Below are positions 41,043 to 50,262 of a DNA stretch of 64,000 bases, piece after piece. The DNA is taken from contig JBKAGE010000070.1 in NCBI GenBank assembly GCA_046290225.1, positions 250,631 to 314,630 of the forward strand, read 5' to 3'. Both the position numbers and the translations under genes were made by a program. How positions within the stretch are numbered: position 1 is the stretch's first letter; every line of letters begins with the position of its first letter. Under the pieces are notes generated by a model. It was not told the origin of the DNA, did not search any database, and worked only from the letters and a program-made list of their open reading frames with translations. The DNA comes from Bradymonadia bacterium (GTDB lineage Bacteria; Myxococcota_A; Bradymonadia; UBA7976; UBA1532).

Positions 41043-41285
41043 TCAGTCCTTGCACCACCCCGGTTTCAGACTTTCCTCTGAGTATTTCAAGATGAATGGA
41101 GAGTCAGGCCGAGTATCAATTGGGGGCTCGTCTTCTCGATAGAAAGCGATGTAATAGTCCCACCCCCAATTGTCCTCCCACCATCGACCAACAATGATGC
41201 CATACTCCATTCTGTAGCCATCTTTGTCGTTGCCACAGAGATGCTTCACACGATCGCCAACCTCATACACTGGCTCAGTTCGCAT
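41043..41285 (-). CDS. Small hypothetical protein (80 aa)
   Basis: Strong GGAGGGAGG RBS; fills the intergenic gap; YEVGDRV...GIIVG suggests an SH3-like fold. Confidence 0.6.
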   Translation of the reverse strand: MRTEPVYEVGDRVKHLCGNDKDGYRMEYGIIVGRWWEDNWGWDYYIAFYREDEPPIDTRPDSPFILKYSEESLKPGWCKD

Positions 41286-41356
41286 CTATCGTCCTCCCTC
41301 CACCCTGTTTATCCGCAAGACAAAACTTGTCTGGCATGGTTGACACACGATTTGTT

Positions 41357-41905
41357 TCACCCCCGACCCCTCAGCGCATACCACTGAGCAGCCGTCGCCC
41401 TGACGCCCCCAGTCTCCGGATCAACCAGCCAACGCATCTTCAACTTCGCTGGCACCCGAATTTGTGAGGGCGAGCGGTAGGTGCCGAACACCCAATCCCA
41501 AATCGGCGTGGTCACTCCGTGGTTGCTCTTCGGATCCTCGAAGTGATGGAAGAAGTGATGGCGGCGCATACGACGCCCATACGCCGTGGCACCTTCTGAT
41601 GCATGAGCCTGCCAGTGGAACCACTCGTACACGAGATACATACCCGTGAGGCCCACCGAGAAGGCCGCGCCGGCGACGCCCGCCACCCACACTGCCAAGG
41701 GGGTGAGCACGGCCAACACCATCAAGGCTGTGCGCAGTTTGAAGCTCACTGCGCTGAAATAGTTACCCTTGCTGTGATGGCGAATGTGCTCTTTGGAGAA
41801 GAAGTTCGGCCGGAAGCGCGGATCATGGCCGAGCCAGCGGTGAAAGGCGTATTCCATCAGCGTCCAGCCGGCGATGCCGGCGATGAGGCCTGTCCAGATC
41901 ATCAT
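41357..41905 (-). CDS. Sterol desaturase/fatty-acid hydroxylase family protein
   Basis: His boxes EYAFHRWLGH, HIRHH, YEWFHWQAH, RHHFFHHF, NHGVT..WDWVFGT. Confidence 0.9.
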   Translation of the reverse strand: MMIWTGLIAGIAGWTLMEYAFHRWLGHDPRFRPNFFSKEHIRHHSKGNYFSAVSFKLRTALMVLAVLTPLAVWVAGVAGAAFSVGLTGMYLVYEWFHWQAHASEGATAYGRRMRRHHFFHHFEDPKSNHGVTTPIWDWVFGTYRSPSQIRVPAKLKMRWLVDPETGGVRATAAQWYALRGRG

Positions 41906-41947
41906 CTCTGCACCTTTGTTCTGAGGTGAGCTGTGGTTTTGCGTTTC

Positions 41948-42287
41948 GGGGGTCGCTCCGCTGGCAAGAGAGTTTCGGGCACGGGCACGGGCACGGGCAC
42001 GGGCACGAGTTGATACATATGTGGACCCGTAGCCCTGCATGGCTCCGCTCGTAGTGCTGTGATGGTGGAGGCTCTACTCGGCCCCGCGTTTTCCTCAGTG
42101 GAGGCTGTGAGCTTCAGAGCCCCAAGATCTGAACTCTCAGGCTGTTCTGAAGCGCGCCATCTCAACTTCGATGGCGATCTTCGCCCTGGTGCCCAGGCTG
42201 GGCCACGGGTCCAGATATGTATCAACTCGTGCCCGTGCCCGTGCCCGTGCCCGTGCCCGAAACTCTCTTGCCAGCGGAGCGACCCCC
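41948..42287. repeat. 340-bp element with 83-bp inverted arms containing (GGGCAC)5 tandem hexamers
   Basis: 41948-42030 is the reverse complement of 42205-42287 with one mismatch. Confidence 0.92.
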
Positions 42288-42323
42288 AAGCCATCTTCAA
42301 CGCCCCAAATGCCGAGTCCCCCT

Positions 42324-43001
42324 TCATCCCCCCACCTCACCCAACGCCTCATCAAGCAAAGAAGAATCACACCCCCACCCTCTCAACAAATCCACCCCGA
42401 TCCGAGCCGCCACCCGCTCCATGGGCACCAGCTCCGGAGCCAGCGACGCCTGCTTGTGCAGTTGCAGCGCCCCCTGCGTCGCCGCAAAGAGCGCCACCGC
42501 ACGCTCCGCCACCGGACCTGGCTCGAGCAACCCTGACTCTGTGGCCTCCGTGAGGGCATCGTGTATCGGGCCCAGGGCGGTCGCCATGGCCACCATCGCC
42601 TCCTCCGCCTGCTCAAGCCGGGTGAAGAGCGATGTGGGGTGAGCCATCATCAATGTGAGCATGGCGAAGGCGTGGGGCTGCTCGTGAGCGAAGCGGCGAT
42701 ACACACCCAAGCCAGCGAGCAACTGGGTGATGGGCGCTTCGAAACGCGCAGTGGAAGCGGCCACCTGGGCAGCAAGCGCCTCGATGAGCTGCACCGTGAG
42801 CGCCCCGATGAGCGCATCTTTGTCGGGGAAGTATCGATAGAGCGCCGCCGGTGTGTAGTCCGCGGCGTCGGCGACCCGCTTGAGGGTGCAGGCGGCGAAG
42901 CCCTGCTCAGTGATGATGTGCAGGGCGACGTCGAGGATCCGGCTGATGGCCGCAGCTCGACGTCGAGCTCGGGGACTGTTTTCGGTGGTGGGCTGCCTCA
43001 T
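42324..43001 (-). CDS. TetR/AcrR family transcriptional regulator
   Basis: ILDVALHIITEQGFAACTLKRVADAADYTPAALYRYFPDKDAL. Confidence 0.93.
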   Translation of the reverse strand: MRQPTTENSPRARRRAAAISRILDVALHIITEQGFAACTLKRVADAADYTPAALYRYFPDKDALIGALTVQLIEALAAQVAASTARFEAPITQLLAGLGVYRRFAHEQPHAFAMLTLMMAHPTSLFTRLEQAEEAMVAMATALGPIHDALTEATESGLLEPGPVAERAVALFAATQGALQLHKQASLAPELVPMERVAARIGVDLLRGWGCDSSLLDEALGEVGG

Positions 43002-43007
43002 GCCCAC

Positions 43008-43028
43008 AAAGTTAACGTCATTAACTTT
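43008..43028. promoter_or_regulatory. Putative TetR autoregulatory operator
   Basis: AAAGTTAA-CGTCA-TTAACTTT perfect 8-bp inverted repeat immediately upstream of the TetR ATG. Confidence 0.7.
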
Positions 43029-43086
43029 ATGAATCAAGCATGCAAACCAGCTACCCGGCAGCGGAATCCACCATCGGAATCCACCA

Positions 43087-44058
43087 TCACTTCTTCAACG
43101 CCTTCGCCCGCTCTGCCTTCGCCGCGCTCTTGAGGGCATTGCCACTGCACGTCTTCTTGTCTTTCTTGCAGGTCTCGTAGTGCGCCTTGAGGGCGTCACG
43201 GTACTTGTCCCGGTCGTGGAAATCGAATGATCCCGTTCGGATGCGCGGGTCGAGCTTGCCATCAGGCACCCGCACCCCGTTCGGGTAGAGCTGCAACAGC
43301 TGCTGGCTGTTGTGCTGGTAGCGGCTCTCGCTGATCTGCGTGCTGATGCCTGGCACCTTGGGCACGATGTCCCTGTTCAAAGCGATGCGCAGTGTCTGCC
43401 CCACCGTCTTGAGCAGCGCCTGTCGGAAATCCTCGCCCCCCGCCCGGGGATTGCCCAGGAAGTAGGCGAAAACCTTCCCGCCAACGTTCTCTTTGAGATC
43501 GAGGGCGCACAGACTGGCCAGGGCGCCACCGAGGCTGAAGCCCGTCACGTAGATGCGCTTGCCCTTGTGCTTCTTGACCCGTTTGATGATCTGCTTCCGC
43601 ACCGCCACATAGTCGTCGTAGAAGCCTTTGTGCACCTTCACCTTGCCGTGCTTCTTGGAGAACTTCAGCTTCACCATCCGCAGGAACTTCAGATCGGTTT
43701 TCACGTTCTTGAGGAACTCCCCGAGCTTGTCGGACTTCGTACCTCTGAACGCCACCACCACGTTGTCTCCACCCACGGCAACGTAGGCCTGCAGGCCGCT
43801 GCCGCCCTTCCCGTGGATCACATCACCCACGAGGCGGTAACCCTTGCGCTCGAGCTTGCGTTTGATGTCGACGTCCTTGGCGCTCGACACCCACTCGGTG
43901 TGACGCTGCATGGCGATGGCCGTCCGCAACAGATCGGCGCCGTAGCTCCGGGCGGTGCTCAGGTTGTCGCTGGCCTTCGACTTCGCGCCGGCCACACCAG
44001 CGAGCATGCACATGCTCAGCATGGCGCCGAGCACGGTGACGAGGTGATTGCGTTTCAT
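43087..44058 (-). CDS. Secreted class 3 lipase (Lys-rich, basic)
   Basis: Signal peptide; VVAFRGT, VHKGF, TGFSLGGALA, GNPRAG, DIVPKVP. Confidence 0.88.
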   Translation of the reverse strand: MKRNHLVTVLGAMLSMCMLAGVAGAKSKASDNLSTARSYGADLLRTAIAMQRHTEWVSSAKDVDIKRKLERKGYRLVGDVIHGKGGSGLQAYVAVGGDNVVVAFRGTKSDKLGEFLKNVKTDLKFLRMVKLKFSKKHGKVKVHKGFYDDYVAVRKQIIKRVKKHKGKRIYVTGFSLGGALASLCALDLKENVGGKVFAYFLGNPRAGGEDFRQALLKTVGQTLRIALNRDIVPKVPGISTQISESRYQHNSQQLLQLYPNGVRVPDGKLDPRIRTGSFDFHDRDKYRDALKAHYETCKKDKKTCSGNALKSAAKAERAKALKK

Positions 44059-44179
44059 CTCCAACTCCCATGATGGATGGTGCCCTCTGAGAGTCGGCAC
44101 ATCGCCACCCCCCGATGAATCACCGTTGTCATCATGGGTATTTGCCTCTCTGCACAGGTCTCTGACATGCTCCGCAGCC

Positions 44180-44791
44180 ATGTGGCAGATCACACACTTC
44201 AGCAGGCCCCATAAAGGGGAAGACGTCGCCCACGGGCTCAAACTCTCACCGAACCGCTGGGGGGTGGTGCTCGCCGACGGCGCCGGTGGCCTCTCTGGTG
44301 GGTGGCGGGCGGCTGCGCGCACGGTGGACACCCTCATCGGGCAACTCGAGGATGATCCGGCCAACACCGCCACAGGCATCGCTCGCTGGATGGAGACGGT
44401 GGACAATGCCCTGGTCAAAGACAAAAAAGCGGGCGAGGCCGCAGCGATCACCCTGGTGGTGGACGAGCAAGGGGTCCGCGGGGCTCAGGCGGGCAACGTA
44501 GCGGCCTGGGCGATGGCCAATGGGCAGGTGACACGCCTTGATGTGACTGATCGCAAGATCCCACGACTGGGCACCAAGCTCTGTCTGCCGGCACCACTCT
44601 CGCTCTCCGGGCACATCGACGCTGTGTTGCTGCTCTCAGCTGGCGCCTGGGGACCTCTCGGTGGCGAGCTGACGCAGGCTGTGGCTGCAGCACTCTCCCA
44701 AGCTCTCGAAGGGGATGCGAGCACAGCACTGCCGACCCTGGTCCGTGCTGGCTCAGATGACTCGACAGGCATCCTGCTCGTTCGGCGATGA
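44180..44791 (+). CDS. Degenerate PP2C-like phosphatase
   Basis: GED, LADGAGG and terminal DDST; the GD and SDG motifs are replaced by GN and SAG. Confidence 0.65.
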   Translation: MWQITHFSRPHKGEDVAHGLKLSPNRWGVVLADGAGGLSGGWRAAARTVDTLIGQLEDDPANTATGIARWMETVDNALVKDKKAGEAAAITLVVDEQGVRGAQAGNVAAWAMANGQVTRLDVTDRKIPRLGTKLCLPAPLSLSGHIDAVLLLSAGAWGPLGGELTQAVAAALSQALEGDASTALPTLVRAGSDDSTGILLVRR

Positions 44792-45010
44792 CACCCACCA
44801 CTCCCCTCTCTCCGAAGGCCTGAGCCACCTTCAACTGCCGACACCCACTTGTCGGAAACACTACCAAACAAGTCGTCAACCCACCTGTCGCCCTTGGGCC
44901 GAATCGGTCAGAGTGTCTTCACGGTTCGGCGAGCAAGCGGCGGACCCACCAAACACACTGTCGTGATGCCATCAGTGCATCACATATCTGATTGATGATG
45001 GAGGTTTCCC

Positions 45011-45724
45011 ATGAGCATCTCGAGTCTGTCTTTCAGCAGCGTCACTGGCATCACCCTGGCCCAGGCCGGCAGCCCGACACAGGCCACTCGAATTCAGATG
45101 AACGCAGCAAATGGTGAGCTTGCGGCTCTCCTGACTCAGGCAGGGCCTCTCGTCAAGGAGACAGAGCCCAAGACCACGGCCTGGTTCGGCCTTCGAGCCC
45201 ATGGCCCACACGCTCAGGATCAAGTGGCCATCGTAGACTTCTTCACCGACGAGAGCGGCCGAGCGGCCCACTTCTCCGGCAAGGTTGCGGGCGTTCTGAA
45301 GCAAAACGCCCCTGCGATGGTCCGGGGTGGCTGGACTGAAGGGGTGCTCGCCAATGTCGAAAACAGTACCGTCCTCTCTCATGTGCGTCGCGGCAACGTC
45401 GGTGAATCCACCCTCGCAGTGGCCATCGCCTTCGAAGCACTCCCCGGGAAGGCTCATCTCGTCGAAGAGTTCCTGGTCAATGCGGCTCGGACTGTAGAAG
45501 CCACTGAGCCTGGCACCCTGTTCTGGGTCTCTCTCAAAGTCGCCGAGGGCGCGTATGTCATCTTCGACACCTTCGCTGACGCCTCAGGTGCCGATGCTCA
45601 CTTTGCTGGTGATGTGGCTGCAGCGTTGAAGGATGGTGGTGCGGATCAATTGTTGAAGGGTGGGTGGGACGAGGGCGTGCTCGCTCATGTCTCGAAGTTC
45701 GACGTGCTCTCCCACAACTTCTGA
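45011..45724 (+). CDS. Tandem ABM (dimeric alpha+beta barrel) domain protein, putative monooxygenase
   Basis: Two similar halves: EPKTTAWF...DFFTDESGRAAHFSG and EPGTLFW...DTFADASGADAHFAG; GGAGG RBS. Confidence 0.8.
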   Translation: MSISSLSFSSVTGITLAQAGSPTQATRIQMNAANGELAALLTQAGPLVKETEPKTTAWFGLRAHGPHAQDQVAIVDFFTDESGRAAHFSGKVAGVLKQNAPAMVRGGWTEGVLANVENSTVLSHVRRGNVGESTLAVAIAFEALPGKAHLVEEFLVNAARTVEATEPGTLFWVSLKVAEGAYVIFDTFADASGADAHFAGDVAAALKDGGADQLLKGGWDEGVLAHVSKFDVLSHNF

Positions 45725-45769
45725 TCGTGTCGTTACGTCAGTGCATGGCTGTGCGCCCTCGATGGTGCT

Positions 45770-47746
45770 CTAAAGTCTGATCACGTGCTCGCTGTCGATC
45801 TCTTTGTGCGACACCAGGATCACCTGAGCCACCGAGCGCGTCAGCCCCCGCAACGCGTCGACCGTAAAGCCCGCTCGATCCCGATCCATGGCCGCGTCGA
45901 CCTCGTCGGCGAGGAACACTGGGAACACCCGATGGGTGAGCACCTGCCCGAGGGCTAGGCGCAGCGCCAGGTTCGCCACCGCCTTCCCGCTGCCCGACAG
46001 CGTGGCCAGCGGTTGGCCGTCGACGGCGATGTTGAACTGCTCGTCCACCTTCACGTCGCCGCGCACCCCACCCGTCATCTGCGACAACAGCCGTGAGGCC
46101 ACCGTGTTGAGACTCGGCAACAAGAACCCCTTGATGCGACCACGGAGATCGACAAGGGCTCTCTTCGCCGATCGCCAGTGCTCTGCCTCTGCCTGACGTG
46201 CCTGCAGATCGGCCTGGGCCGCTTCGTAGCGCTCGAGATCGTGCGTGTATCTCTGTCGAGCGCCCTCGTAGACCACCGCACGTGTCAGAGACTCTCGGGC
46301 CTGAGAGAGCTGCTCGGGGACCTCGACCAGAGTCTCGAGCTCGGCCTCTTTCTTCGTGCGCTCTGCCAGCCAGGTGGTGTATCGCCCTTGCGCTTCTGAC
46401 CAGGCAGATCGGGCCAGATCGTAGCGCTGTCGCGCCTGAAGCAGATGATCCACGTCAGGATAATCGGCGAGCTGACTCTGCAACTCTGCGACCTGAGTGT
46501 TCAGGGCTTCCCGTCGAGCAACAGAAGACAACGCCAGCCGTGCCTGACGCAGCGCCTCTTCGGTGAGATTGGGTCGCTCCATGTCATCAGGGACGTCGGC
46601 GTAGTGTGCTCTCAGCTCCGCGGTCTGTTGCCACTGCTCCACGACGGCGCGGGCGCGACGCAGTGCGGCTCGGCCTGTGGCTGGGGGCTCAACGGGATCT
46701 ACGTCGGCATATGCTTCGAGAGCCTCCGCGGCCTGGGGCCACTGATGGCCACACGAGGGGCATTCCAGCTCACCGTGGGCCAGCAGCTCTGACTTCGCCA
46801 GCCAGCGATCGTGTTGAGCCCAGGTCTGCTCCATGACTTCGATGGATTCGAGGGTCAGCTCGGGGGGCTCGAGGCCTGCGAGGGCCCGACGCTTTTCGAT
46901 GTGTTGATGCCAGAGCGCCCACTGAGCCTCGACGGCGTCGACCTCTTGCGCCGTGAGCGAGATGGGTGGCAGGCCCTGCAACTCCACAGAGGCCGCCTGG
47001 AGCGCGCTCACCACAGCCCTGCGCGCCTCTGACTTCGCCCGCAAGATCTCTACGGTCTCTTCTGTGGGGCACACAGGCTCCACTGGCGCCTCGAGAGTGT
47101 GCGCCAACCAACCTACGAGGGCCGCCCGAGCCGTCTCTTTGCTCTGCAGAGTGTGCACCTTGAGCTTCAGCTGCGCCGAGGGGGCATACCCCGAGGGTTC
47201 CTCGGGCGCCACGGGCTTCTCGATCACCCGGGCCATGGCCTCGGCCTCGCGATCGAAGGCCCTGGCCTGCTCGCTCACCCACTGACCCACCCCCTCGAGG
47301 AGGGACAAACCCACGGTCTGATCCACCATGTGTTTGCGCTGGCTCGGCGTCATCGAGCCCAGAGCCTCAATCTGTCCCTGGTTACAGGCGTTGGCGGTGT
47401 CGAAGACCGTCATGTCGTAGCCCAGGGTACGCCGGATGGCGGCGTTCACCGGGCGGATGCCCTCTGCGAGGGGCTCTCCGTCTCGAAACAGCCAGGCGCG
47501 ATTGCCCTTGCGGCGCACCTGATGGGGGGCCCCCTGCACCATGAAGTCGAGGATCACTTCGAGCTTCCGGTAGTCGTCGGCGGTGCCCCTGAGGGCCGCC
47601 GAGCCGAAGAGGGCGAACCGGATCATCTCCAAGATGAGCGACTTGCCGCTCTCGTTGGGGCCGGTGATCACCGTGAGCCCCTGCTTGAACTCGAAGGTGC
47701 GCTCGTGGTGGGTAAAGCAGTTCTTCAGGGTGATGGCGGTGATCAC
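45770..47746 (-). CDS. Rad50/SbcC-like SMC ATPase (short, phage-like)
   Basis: Walker A GPNESGKS, Q-loop NQGQI, zinc hook CPSCG, signature LSGSG, Walker B FLADEVD, VSH. Confidence 0.88.
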   Translation of the reverse strand: MITAITLKNCFTHHERTFEFKQGLTVITGPNESGKSLILEMIRFALFGSAALRGTADDYRKLEVILDFMVQGAPHQVRRKGNRAWLFRDGEPLAEGIRPVNAAIRRTLGYDMTVFDTANACNQGQIEALGSMTPSQRKHMVDQTVGLSLLEGVGQWVSEQARAFDREAEAMARVIEKPVAPEEPSGYAPSAQLKLKVHTLQSKETARAALVGWLAHTLEAPVEPVCPTEETVEILRAKSEARRAVVSALQAASVELQGLPPISLTAQEVDAVEAQWALWHQHIEKRRALAGLEPPELTLESIEVMEQTWAQHDRWLAKSELLAHGELECPSCGHQWPQAAEALEAYADVDPVEPPATGRAALRRARAVVEQWQQTAELRAHYADVPDDMERPNLTEEALRQARLALSSVARREALNTQVAELQSQLADYPDVDHLLQARQRYDLARSAWSEAQGRYTTWLAERTKKEAELETLVEVPEQLSQARESLTRAVVYEGARQRYTHDLERYEAAQADLQARQAEAEHWRSAKRALVDLRGRIKGFLLPSLNTVASRLLSQMTGGVRGDVKVDEQFNIAVDGQPLATLSGSGKAVANLALRLALGQVLTHRVFPVFLADEVDAAMDRDRAGFTVDALRGLTRSVAQVILVSHKEIDSEHVIRL

Positions 47747-48789
47747 TGAGCGCCCTCTGCGGCCTCGGCCCGAGCCTCGGCGAGGCGGGCCCTGATCTGA
47801 TCGACGATGGCCTCGGGCACCCCGTGAGCGGCGAAGGTCTCGTCAAAGAGGGCGTCGACGTCAAAGCGCTCGAATTCCACCATGGGCTCGTCATCTTCAG
47901 CGTCATCGAGACGCTTCACCAGCAACTGCAGACACTCGATGCCGTCGGGGATCGCCTCGCCTGGCGGGACCTCGATGCGCAGGCAGACATCCTGGAACCG
48001 TTTGGGATCTTCGCTCAGCGCCTGCTCTACAGCGTCGAGCGGGTGGGTCTGGTACAGGGTGCCTGTGGGATCTTCCCCGTGGGCATATGGCTGCATCGAT
48101 CCCACCACGTTGACCTCGAGATCACCCATGGTGCGCACGCTCGGCAGGTGTACGTGGCCGCTGTAGGCCACGGTGGTGATGCTGTGCAGCACGCCATGTG
48201 GGATCACGTTGTGGGCGTCTTGGCCATAGGCATCGAGATCCCAGTGGCCAAAGGCAGCGTCGATGGCGGTGATGCCCTCTTCGGACATCTCGTCGATGAG
48301 GGTCTGCACCATCGCCGTGGCTGAGGTGAACGGGTGCCAGGGCAACAATGCTAGACGCAAAGGATCGCCCTCAGGTGTCGGCAGCTCTACCCATTGCCCT
48401 TCTCCCTGCACCACCAGCACATTGTCGAAGGGCTGCAGCAACCGGCTGAGCACGTCGAGGGCCGAGCGGAAGTCGGCATCGCGGGTGTCGTCGTGGTTGC
48501 CCTTGAGGATCAAGAAGCGTGTCTCGGGGTGACGACGGGCGGCCCGTCGATAGGCGTCGGCGGTCTTGAGAATGACGTTGAAGGGCACCACGGATCGGTC
48601 GAAGAGATCACCGAGGCAGATATGGGCCCCAACGCCCCCGGCTGCCTTCAGGCTGCGGTGGAAATCAGCCCATACAGTGCGCTCTCGATCCCAGCGGCGA
48701 TGCAAGGGCACCCCGGTGACGAACCGGCGGCCGAGGTGGGGATCTCCGAGCAGCTCGATCTCGACGCCCTTGAGGGTGATTCGGGGCAC
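47743..48789 (-). CDS. Mre11/SbcD-like metallophosphoesterase nuclease
   Basis: GDPHLG, GDLFD, GNHD, FGHW, SGHVH, VGS; 4-bp overlap with the ATPase gene. Confidence 0.88.
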   Translation of the reverse strand: MPRITLKGVEIELLGDPHLGRRFVTGVPLHRRWDRERTVWADFHRSLKAAGGVGAHICLGDLFDRSVVPFNVILKTADAYRRAARRHPETRFLILKGNHDDTRDADFRSALDVLSRLLQPFDNVLVVQGEGQWVELPTPEGDPLRLALLPWHPFTSATAMVQTLIDEMSEEGITAIDAAFGHWDLDAYGQDAHNVIPHGVLHSITTVAYSGHVHLPSVRTMGDLEVNVVGSMQPYAHGEDPTGTLYQTHPLDAVEQALSEDPKRFQDVCLRIEVPPGEAIPDGIECLQLLVKRLDDAEDDEPMVEFERFDVDALFDETFAAHGVPEAIVDQIRARLAEARAEAAEGAQ

Positions 48790-48906
48790 GGCCTAAAACC
48801 TGAACAAAACACTGAACAAGATTGGGACAATATCTCTCTTTTCACCGTTTGTCTCCCATGTTGCGCAAATACCTGAAATGTGGCATCTTTACCCTCCCTG
48901 TCCCAT

Positions 48907-50262
48907 ATGAGAGCAGCCATGAACACACCAACACATGTTCTGGGCCTCGCCTTGAGTCTCTGGGGTTCTACAGCCCTGGCAGGCCCGTCCTCGACATTTG
49001 AGCACACAGATGGATCGCCCATGCTGATGGTGCCCTTCGAGGACTGGGCCGTGAACAGACGGATCGTTTTCAAGGTACCACCGCTGGCTTTGGGGAGCTC
49101 TGGCGCGGTTGTCCTCGAGCCTCAAGGAGAAGGTCAGTATTCGGCCTCGTGTACTTTGCCCGCAGGCCAAGGTGGCCGGGTGATGATCCGCTGGTCCGAC
49201 TTGTCGACCCGGCCACAGTGTCAATCACTCTTCGAACCACAGAGCGATCGCAGCTGGTCGGTACAGACCACCGACGGCCGCGTACTCACCCGGCTGGTGC
49301 GCGCCCTGCCACCGACGATCCCCGGCGATGCATTGTCGATCCACCTGCGACCTGACGGTGGCATGTACTGGGGCGGTGTTGAGGGACGCCGCCCCCGTCT
49401 CACCGTCGATCTGCAGGTCTGTCAGTCTCAAGAGGCATGGGTCGGCCACGGCGCCGCCCTGGAGAAGATCACCCTGGGCGGTTGCCCGATGGAGGATCCC
49501 CGGCTGTTCCTGCCCACACAGGCGAGCCGCACCTTCTTTGCTGGTCGCCCGGGCCGCGCCATCGTCCGCGTCAAGGCGCCGCTGTTCCCTGGGGGCCAGT
49601 GGCGCTCAGTGACCATCAAGTACCTGCCTCCTGGCTCGGTCCCTGTGGCGCAGAGGGCTCCGGCTCCCTCAGTCAAAGGGCCTGACACCTCGGAGATCCT
49701 CGCCAAGACCGTGAAGCCCCTGGCCCCCAAGCTCGCGGAGCCCATCCCCCCGATGGCGCCTGCCATGGCCTACACCACTGGTCCATCTCCCGCGGCAGCG
49801 AAGGAAGTCTACTCTGGTGCCCTTCGCCTCGGGGTGAATTACAGCTACGTGCCCACCGGCGCGCGATATTCCAACCGGCAGATCGGTGGCGAGAACACCG
49901 TTCACGTGGAATCCGACGAGCACCACACCGAGCTTACGGCGGGGTACAGCTGGTTCATCGACGATCTCACCGAAGACGATCGCTTCGTGTGGGGCCGCGG
50001 CATCTACGCCGGGCTGACGTTGCTGTCGACCCAGGAAGGCAACAACCCCTTCCGCGCCGTGCACGCGGGGCTCGACATCCTCGCCCTGGATCCGGGCACG
50101 GCCCTCACCCTCGCCTTCTCGTTCCGCCAGATGTCCACGCTGCGCAATGGCGTCGAGGATGGCGATCCCCTGCCAGAAGGTGCCGACGCACCCACTCGCA
50201 ACCAGATGGGCGTGGGCATCTCCCTCATGCTCAACATCTCACCGCGCCTCATCAGCCGCTGA
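48907..50262 (+). CDS. Hypothetical secreted protein with C-terminal beta-strand-rich (OM-like) domain
   Basis: Signal peptide ending ALA; Pro-rich linker; amphipathic beta-strands at the C-terminus. Start at 48907 or 48919. Confidence 0.6.
   Translation: MRAAMNTPTHVLGLALSLWGSTALAGPSSTFEHTDGSPMLMVPFEDWAVNRRIVFKVPPLALGSSGAVVLEPQGEGQYSASCTLPAGQGGRVMIRWSDLSTRPQCQSLFEPQSDRSWSVQTTDGRVLTRLVRALPPTIPGDALSIHLRPDGGMYWGGVEGRRPRLTVDLQVCQSQEAWVGHGAALEKITLGGCPMEDPRLFLPTQASRTFFAGRPGRAIVRVKAPLFPGGQWRSVTIKYLPPGSVPVAQRAPAPSVKGPDTSEILAKTVKPLAPKLAEPIPPMAPAMAYTTGPSPAAAKEVYSGALRLGVNYSYVPTGARYSNRQIGGENTVHVESDEHHTELTAGYSWFIDDLTEDDRFVWGRGIYAGLTLLSTQEGNNPFRAVHAGLDILALDPGTALTLAFSFRQMSTLRNGVEDGDPLPEGADAPTRNQMGVGISLMLNISPRLISR

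Noticed and set aside
41902..42642. ORFs with RARARA, HGHGHG, VPVPVP or CPCPCP runs
   Set aside because: Translations of the hexamer repeats in the inverted-repeat element; the desaturase most plausibly starts at 41905.
45770..48789. Prophage, or Wadjet/Lamassu SMC defence system
   Set aside because: No integrase or structural genes. The partner is an Mre11-type phosphoesterase and the ATPase has a Rad50 zinc hook; no JetABD or LmuA genes.
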